A DNA stretch of 64,000 bases from Nitrospirota bacterium (GTDB taxonomy: Bacteria > Nitrospirota > Nitrospiria > Nitrospirales > Nitrospiraceae), in contig CAVPBK010000006.1 in assembly GCA_963701855.1 (NCBI GenBank), positions 416,001 through 480,000 of the forward strand, read 5' to 3'. The notes under the pieces were generated by a model. It made no database searches and was not told where the DNA came from. It saw only the letters and a list, made by a program, of their open reading frames with translations. This document shows positions 58,160-64,000 of this stretch, one piece after another. The translations under genes and the position numbers were made by a program. Within the stretch, counting starts at the first letter, position 1. Every line of letters begins with the position of its first letter.

Positions 58160-59122
58160 TTATCCCACCTGAGCCCCGACTGATTTGCCGGAAGACTCAA
58201 TGGTGATCAATTCCTTGGGAAGAAGAAACTCTACGTCCTCTTCAATTACCGTCAGGTCTTGAACCTCGGCGGTCCCAAAGGTCTTGAGATACGTCACCAC
58301 TTCTTCAACCAACACCTCGGGCGCTGAAGCACCGGCAGTGATCCCGACAGCTTGCACGTTCGTGAGCCAGGCTGGATTAATGTCGGACGCGGCATCGATC
58401 AAGTAGGACGCAATTCCACACTGCTCCCCCAACTCACGTAGACGGTTGGAGTTCGAGCTATTCGGGGAACCGATGACGAGAATGACGTCCACCAGCTTGG
58501 AGAGTTCCTTCACCGCATTCTGACGGTTCTGCGTCGCGTAACAAATATCTTCCTGATGCGGCCCCTTGATGTGCGGAAACCGCTTGTGAAGCGCACCGAC
58601 GATATCCCGGCACTCATCGACGCTCAGCGTCGTTTGCGTGACATAGGAGAGATCGTGGACGTTATCGACATGCAGCTTCTCGACATCGGCTACGGAGGAG
58701 ACCAGGTGGAACTTGTCCGGAATCTGTCCAAGTGTCCCGATCACTTCAGGGTGGCCGGCATGGCCGATCAGAATGAGATCATACCCTTGCGTATAGTCGC
58801 GGTTGACCTCGTTATGCACTTTGATGACCAATGGACAGGTGGCATCGATCACATGCAGTCGGCGCCGATTCGCTTCGTCCCAAACCGACTTGGCAACCCC
58901 ATGGGCGCTGAAGATCACAACCGAACCTTCCGGCACTTCTCCCAACTCCTCCACAAACACAGCGCCCTTGGTGCGAAGCGAGTTCACGACATGCCGGCTA
59001 TGGACGATTTCGTGCCGAACGTAGATCGGTGCCCCATACTTTTTGAGGGAGAGGTCAACGATATCGATTGCCCGATCGACTCCGGCGCAGAACCCTCGTG
59101 GATTGGCGAGATAGATCTTCAT
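58160..59122 (-). CDS. ispH: HMBPP reductase
   Basis: [35 protein letters not shown]. Confidence 0.96.
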   Translation of the reverse strand: MKIYLANPRGFCAGVDRAIDIVDLSLKKYGAPIYVRHEIVHSRHVVNSLRTKGAVFVEELGEVPEGSVVIFSAHGVAKSVWDEANRRRLHVIDATCPLVIKVHNEVNRDYTQGYDLILIGHAGHPEVIGTLGQIPDKFHLVSSVADVEKLHVDNVHDLSYVTQTTLSVDECRDIVGALHKRFPHIKGPHQEDICYATQNRQNAVKELSKLVDVILVIGSPNSSNSNRLRELGEQCGIASYLIDAASDINPAWLTNVQAVGITAGASAPEVLVEEVVTYLKTFGTAEVQDLTVIEEDVEFLLPKELITIESSGKSVGAQVG

Positions 59123-59258
59123 AACCGCCCCCTTCTCCTGAACTCGGTACAGGGTCACATTTCTGCCCGCACATACTCACAGATCACCGATGTCCACCTT
59201 ACGTCAGAGCAGCGGGCCTCGTCAACTGAATTGGCCCGTGACTCTCTCCCGGTCCGTC

Positions 59259-59287
59259 TTGACACGATGCTTTCTCCCTCGTAGGCT
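59259..59287 (+). promoter_or_regulatory. Putative sigma70 promoter of the response regulator
   Basis: TTGACA-N17-TAGGCT. Confidence 0.55.
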
Positions 59288-59300
59288 CACACTACCATCT

Positions 59301-59999
59301 ATGCCAAGCCCCACAAACAAGAAAATCCTCATCGTTGAAGATGAGCCCGACATTCTCCAACTAGTCAAACTGTATTTGGAGAAAGACGGCTTTCAAACCG
59401 TATCGGCCAAGACCGGTATGGAAGGCCTCCAGCAAGTGAAACAGGAGAAGCCCGATTTGGTTGTTCTCGACTTGATGCTGCCAGAGATCGACGGGTTGGA
59501 GGTCTGCAAACGCCTTCGATCGGCCCCAGCAACCGCGATGCTCCCCATCATCATGCTGACAGCCAAAGCCGAAGAATCGGATACCATCATCGGCCTGGAG
59601 CTGGGAGCCGATGATTATGTCACCAAACCATTTAGCCCCAAGACGCTGGTTGCCCGCATCAAGGCCCTCTTTCGACGGCTTGAGCGGAAACCGGACGACA
59701 GCCCGGCCCAATATCGCTATGGTAATCTCGTCATGGATCTCGCGCGGCACGAAGTTACTGTGAAGAAGATGGAGGTCCCCCTCACAGCGAAGGAATTCGG
59801 CCTGCTCGAACATCTGTTGCGCAATCCTGGCAGGGTCCTGACCAGAGACATCCTCCTGAATACCGTCTGGGGATACGATTACTACGGAACGACGAGGACG
59901 GTCGATGTCCATATCCGAAGACTCAAGCAAAAACTCCCCTCGCTCAACGAGGCGATTATTTCGGTCAAATCCCTGGGGTATAAACTGAAGGAGCAGTGA
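59301..59999 (+). CDS. OmpR/PhoB-family response regulator (PhoP-like)
   Basis: ILIVEDE, LDLMLP, GADDYVTKPF, RTVDVHIRRL. Confidence 0.92.
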   Translation: MPSPTNKKILIVEDEPDILQLVKLYLEKDGFQTVSAKTGMEGLQQVKQEKPDLVVLDLMLPEIDGLEVCKRLRSAPATAMLPIIMLTAKAEESDTIIGLELGADDYVTKPFSPKTLVARIKALFRRLERKPDDSPAQYRYGNLVMDLARHEVTVKKMEVPLTAKEFGLLEHLLRNPGRVLTRDILLNTVWGYDYYGTTRTVDVHIRRLKQKLPSLNEAIISVKSLGYKLKEQ

Positions 60000-60072
60000 T
60001 GCGTTATGGGTGAAAAGTGATGGGGAAAGCCCCCTACCCTTCGCTCATCGCTCATCACCCACCACTGTCACT

Positions 60073-61911
60073 ATGACACTCTCCATCCGATGGAAGGTCA
60101 CAATCGGAGCCCTGTTGGTCCTCGCCTGTGGGCTTCTCATCGCCAGGACCCTGGCGGTTCGCTCCCTCGATCAACAGGAGATCGTCCAATCGGGCCAGAT
60201 ACTGGAGGCTCAAACCAGTCTCATCGCTTATGGGCTGCAGCCGTTTCTGACACAACCAGGGGCGCTGTCCTCGACCCCCCAATTACAAGCGGCCGTACGA
60301 GATCTCAGCGCGCGTGCCCTCGCACGCGTGACCATCATTGCTCCGGATGGACGGGTGTTGGCCGACAGCGCCGTCTCAGATAGCAACCTCGCTACGGTTG
60401 AAAACCATCGGGCTCGATCGGAAATTCAGCAAGCCATTGCCACCGGGCACGGGACAGACCTCCACACAAATCACACGACCGGTGAGCGCACGCTGTATCT
60501 GGCTGTCGGTCTGGGCGGCGCAACCCAGGCGACGCCATCCGTCTTCTTGAGGCTGGGGTTACCGATGACCACATTCGATCGTGAAGTGGACAAATTGCGC
60601 CAGAACTTGTCCCTCGCCTTCGGAACTGCATTCTTGATTGCCGTCGTGCTGAGTGTGTGGCTCGCTCACAGCATCACGAAGCCCTTGTCCGATATTACGA
60701 TCGCTGCGCAGCAGCTGGCGAAGGGCGGTCATGCCATCCGCATTCGAACCGGATCGCGTGATGAAGTCGGCCTCTTAGCCGACACGCTCAACTATATAAC
60801 GGACCAACTGAGAAACAAGATCGATGAACTGTCTGAAGATCGATCCCAGCTCTTGGCCATGCTGACCTCAATGGTCGAAGGCGTGATGGTCCTGGACCGT
60901 CGAGGACGCGTGCTGCAAATCAATCCTGCGCTGGAACGAATGTTCGACGTGACCAGGATGGAAGCGCGAGGACACCCCTGCTCCGATGTCTTCCGGCATC
61001 CTCAGTTGGATACGTTGGTCTCAACGGTCCTGACGAAACGCGTGAACGAAGAAGATGAAATTCTCCTGCACCCGAGTGGCCGACGTCTCCATATCGAGGC
61101 CTCGGTGACTGAGTCCGATCGAGAGAACGACGCGTGTGCGGTACTGGTCTTTCACGACATGACAGAATTACGACGCCTGGAAATTATCCGGAAAGATTTC
61201 GTCGCCAACGTGTCCCACGAGTTGAGAACCCCACTCACGTCAATCAAGGGGTATATCGAAGCCTTGCTCGATGGCGCCAAAAATGATCCTGAGACCAATA
61301 CGCAATTTCTCAACATCATTCTCAAGCAAAGCGACCGGCTGAACCTGATTTTAGAAGACCTTCTCCAGCTGTCGAAAATCGAATCAGGACAGGTCCAGTT
61401 CAAGCGCGAGCCGCTTCATCTTCAGAGTGTCATCGAACGAACGCTGGCCATGATCAGGCCCTTAGCAGAAAAGAAGGGGCACCGGCTCGTCTCCTTTGTG
61501 GAGGAAAATCTTCCTGCGGTGCTCGGCGACGAAGACCGGCTGATACAAATCCTGTCCAACTTGCTCGATAATGCTGTCAAATACACTCCCGATAAAGGGA
61601 CCATCACCGTGGCGGCCCACCCGGTTTCAGACGATGCCGAACAGCACGCGATTGTCACGGCTGTGGAACTGAGCGTGACCGATACCGGCATGGGAATTCC
61701 TGAAATGGATCGCCCGCGCGTATTCGAACGATTCTATCGCGTCGATAAGGCCCGCTCGCGTGAGTTAGGTGGAACAGGGCTCGGGCTGGCAATCGTCAGA
61801 CACATCGTCGAGGGTCTAGGCGGGCGGGTGTGGGCCGAAGCGAACGTCCCAACCGGCAGCCGTTTCGTCGTCAGGCTACCTGTCCAACAAATCGGTCACC
61901 CGGTCAGCTAA
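60073..61911 (+). CDS. PhoR-like sensor histidine kinase (HAMP, PAS)
   Basis: FVANVSHELRTPLT, NLLDNAVKY, FERFYRVDKARSR..GGTGLGL. Confidence 0.92.
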   Translation: MTLSIRWKVTIGALLVLACGLLIARTLAVRSLDQQEIVQSGQILEAQTSLIAYGLQPFLTQPGALSSTPQLQAAVRDLSARALARVTIIAPDGRVLADSAVSDSNLATVENHRARSEIQQAIATGHGTDLHTNHTTGERTLYLAVGLGGATQATPSVFLRLGLPMTTFDREVDKLRQNLSLAFGTAFLIAVVLSVWLAHSITKPLSDITIAAQQLAKGGHAIRIRTGSRDEVGLLADTLNYITDQLRNKIDELSEDRSQLLAMLTSMVEGVMVLDRRGRVLQINPALERMFDVTRMEARGHPCSDVFRHPQLDTLVSTVLTKRVNEEDEILLHPSGRRLHIEASVTESDRENDACAVLVFHDMTELRRLEIIRKDFVANVSHELRTPLTSIKGYIEALLDGAKNDPETNTQFLNIILKQSDRLNLILEDLLQLSKIESGQVQFKREPLHLQSVIERTLAMIRPLAEKKGHRLVSFVEENLPAVLGDEDRLIQILSNLLDNAVKYTPDKGTITVAAHPVSDDAEQHAIVTAVELSVTDTGMGIPEMDRPRVFERFYRVDKARSRELGGTGLGLAIVRHIVEGLGGRVWAEANVPTGSRFVVRLPVQQIGHPVS

Positions 61912-61913
61912 TA

Positions 61914-62012
61914 GGCTGCTGAAAAAGCCCGCCAGCAGAAGAAGACTGTTAGTTGGTTTGTTTGGTTGAACCTGATAGACCGAATAGACCAGATAAACCA
62001 AATGAACAGGAC
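61914..62012. repeat. REP-like end plus 9-bp repeat element between convergent genes
   Basis: ggctgctgaaaaagcccgccagc; gatagaccgaatagaccagataaacc. Confidence 0.5.
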
Positions 62013-62017
62013 AGGCC

Positions 62018-63016
62018 TTACCACCGAACCAACCCTGCTGCCCACGTCACGCCACCGCCAAAACTTCCCAACAGAACGATGTCGTGGGGCATAATTCTTC
62101 CCGAACGGACTGCATGGTCGAGCGCGATCGGCAATGACGCTGACGACGTATTGCCGTAGCGCCCAATCACGGAACAGACCCGTTCAGGCGAGACTCCAAG
62201 CCGCTTTGTAAGCTGGTCAAGAATCCGCCCGTTGGCTTGGTGCAAGACCAGCTGTGCGATATCGCGCACATCGATACCGAACTCTTTCACGATCTCGCGG
62301 ATGACTTGCTCCAATCGCTTGACCGCCAGACGAAAGAGCGGCGCCCCTTGCATCCGCAACGTATGGCTCTTCGCCTCAACCGTCCCTGACGTCGTCGGCC
62401 GGCGCGATCCGCCTGCAGGAATCGTAATCAGGCCATGCTGGGCGCCGTCCGCGTGAAGACGAACCCCCAAAATCCCTTGACTCAGCTGGCCTGCCTCCGG
62501 CTCGCCCCGCAACAGGGCTGCGCCGGCCCCATCGCCAAATAAAAGAGCCGTATCACCATCGGCAGGATCGACGGAGCGAGACTTCACTTCCGCGGCCACT
62601 ACCAAACAGGTTTTGACCTGCCCGCTCCGAATCATTGCGTCGGCCATCGAGAGTCCATAGAGAAAGCCTGAACAGGACGCCGCCACGTCGAATGCCGGTA
62701 TTGTGGAACAACCGAGCATGCGCTGAACATGACAGGCAGTGGAAGGAAAGACCGAGTCGGGAGAGGTTGTCGAAAGCACGATCGCCCCCAGCTCAGAAAC
62801 CGGGAGTCCGGCAGCCTCAAGCGCCGGTCGCGCTGCTTTCACCGCAAGATCGGAAGACGCTTGGGATTCAGCAGCCTTGCGCCGCTCCTGAATTCCTGTT
62901 AAGCGAGCGACAATCGCCGGCTCAATGCCTAATGAAGCCCCTACCTCGCGATTCGACACCACCCGTTCAGGAAGGTATGAACCCGTTCCAATAATTCTCG
63001 TTCGTATCATCTGCAT
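62018..63016 (-). CDS. fabH: 3-oxoacyl-ACP synthase III
   Basis: ASCSGF, FGDGAGA, HQAN, GNTSSAS. Confidence 0.93.
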   Translation of the reverse strand: MQMIRTRIIGTGSYLPERVVSNREVGASLGIEPAIVARLTGIQERRKAAESQASSDLAVKAARPALEAAGLPVSELGAIVLSTTSPDSVFPSTACHVQRMLGCSTIPAFDVAASCSGFLYGLSMADAMIRSGQVKTCLVVAAEVKSRSVDPADGDTALLFGDGAGAALLRGEPEAGQLSQGILGVRLHADGAQHGLITIPAGGSRRPTTSGTVEAKSHTLRMQGAPLFRLAVKRLEQVIREIVKEFGIDVRDIAQLVLHQANGRILDQLTKRLGVSPERVCSVIGRYGNTSSASLPIALDHAVRSGRIMPHDIVLLGSFGGGVTWAAGLVRW

Positions 63017-63138
63017 GAAGACTATCGGTTCGCTGCAAGATTCGGCGGGATTATAAGTCTCGGTGCTACATGGGTCAACTCACAATGGAGGCGAAACCTT
63101 GCATTCAGCTAAGGCTCCTGCTACATTTTCCGGCAGTG

Positions 63139-64000
63139 ATGGTACGCTTTTCCCCTATCTCGACTGCTGCACTACGGATGACAGTGGCTGTCGGCCTCTG
63201 TATCGCGGCAATCTCTGTCATCACCGCCTGCTCCAGCGCACCCAAGAATCAAGATATCTCGAAGAAAGCTTTAAGCGGCACCGACGAACAGATCTTCTTA
63301 GGCGATGGGATCAAAAAGAACTACGACCCCAACGTCATCATGAAGCGAGGAGAGGCATACTTCGAGAAAGAGGAATATACCGAAGCCATCGTCGAATATA
63401 CCCATTTCCTCGATCTCCATCGTACCCATATCCTGGCCTCCTATGCAGTATTTCGCATCGGAGAAAGCCAGATGAAACTGACCAGGGGATTCCAGCGTGA
63501 TCCAAGCCCCATTCAGAAAGCCATCGAAGCCTTTGAACAGGTGCGAAAAGATTTTCCGGGAAGCCGGTATGACGGCCCAGCGCTCCAGAAGATCCAAGAA
63601 TGCCACGATCTCTTGGCGCAGATGCATCTCTTCGTGGGGGAATTCTATTATCGGCGGGGTTCCTATCTGGCCGCCGCACATCGCTTCGATCAAATCATGA
63701 AACTGTACCCAGACAAGTCAGTTGCGCCCGATGCCCTGTACTTTCTGGCACTCAGCTACCACGACATGGGTGCGGACGATTGGGCCAGCGAAAAGCTGAC
63801 GTTGCTGGCAGAAAAATATCCAGGCAGCGCGCATTCCAGCGAAGGAGCAAGCCTCCTAGCGAAGATCGAAAGGGAAAAACCCACAACGATGCTGGCACTA
63901 AAGGCCGAACCCGCGCCCACCCCTGCTTCGCCGGCTTCACCTCCATCGGGAGATCAACCGAGTCTTGCCGCCGGGCTGATTCCCTCTGTCCCAGCTGGAT
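63139..64000 (+). CDS. bamD: Outer membrane assembly lipoprotein BamD (runs off the window end)
   Basis: Manual translation: lipobox ITA-C, TPR-like helices, FPGSRY, VGEFYYRRGSYLAAAHRF; absent from the ORF track because no stop is in the window. Confidence 0.85.
   Translation, partial: MVRFSPISTAALRMTVAVGLCIAAISVITACSSAPKNQDISKKALSGTDEQIFLGDGIKKNYDPNVIMKRGEAYFEKEEYTEAIVEYTHFLDLHRTHILASYAVFRIGESQMKLTRGFQRDPSPIQKAIEAFEQVRKDFPGSRYDGPALQKIQECHDLLAQMHLFVGEFYYRRGSYLAAAHRFDQIMKLYPDKSVAPDALYFLALSYHDMGADDWASEKLTLLAEKYPGSAHSSEGASLLAKIEREKPTTMLALKAEPAPTPASPASPPSGDQPSLAAGLIPSVPAG

Noticed and set aside
1..64000. CRISPR array or cas genes
   Set aside because: No regularly spaced repeat-spacer units or Cas motifs were seen; the short repeats are 6-10-bp tandem units

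Overview
Bacterial chromosomal segment whose gene content suggests Nitrospirota (Nitrospira-like); this taxonomy is an inference. (1) 1-17.8 kb is a tandem mobile-element region at the 3' end of tRNA-Thr(CGT). An outer element carries an HTH-DNA methyltransferase, a resolvase stub, Xis and a tyrosine integrase. A 14.7-kb island bounded by a 45-bp att repeat carries a Rep_trans/RadC/Xis/integrase core with many frameshifts, plus cargo: an EEP nuclease with a coupled partner, a PD-(D/E)XK-like protein, a DUF4062 protein, a beta-flower-like protein and two lipoproteins. (2) 18-34 kb holds a caspase-like lipoprotein, ubiA and a respiratory cluster (two cytochrome bd-like subunit I paralogues, cytochrome b, PRC-Rieske, five c-type cytochromes, an EbdC/NxrC-like heme-b protein). 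(3) 36.1-42.1 kb is a 6-kb decayed island at tRNA-Cys with a 1142-aa thermolysin-type (M4) protease, IS3 remnants and a truncated integrase. (4) 34.8-59.2 kb is an isoprenoid/hopanoid cluster (hpnH, ispG, dxs, shc, hpnG, ispH) embedding mlaEFDC, an Omp85-type barrel, a DUF3187-like barrel and an smc gene broken by one in-frame TGA. (5) The window ends with phoPR-like genes, fabH and partial bamD. The best candidates for undescribed systems are a Mla-type hopanoid trafficking module and candidate anti-phage genes in the tRNA-Thr island. All family assignments are from motif recognition by eye; no searches were run.
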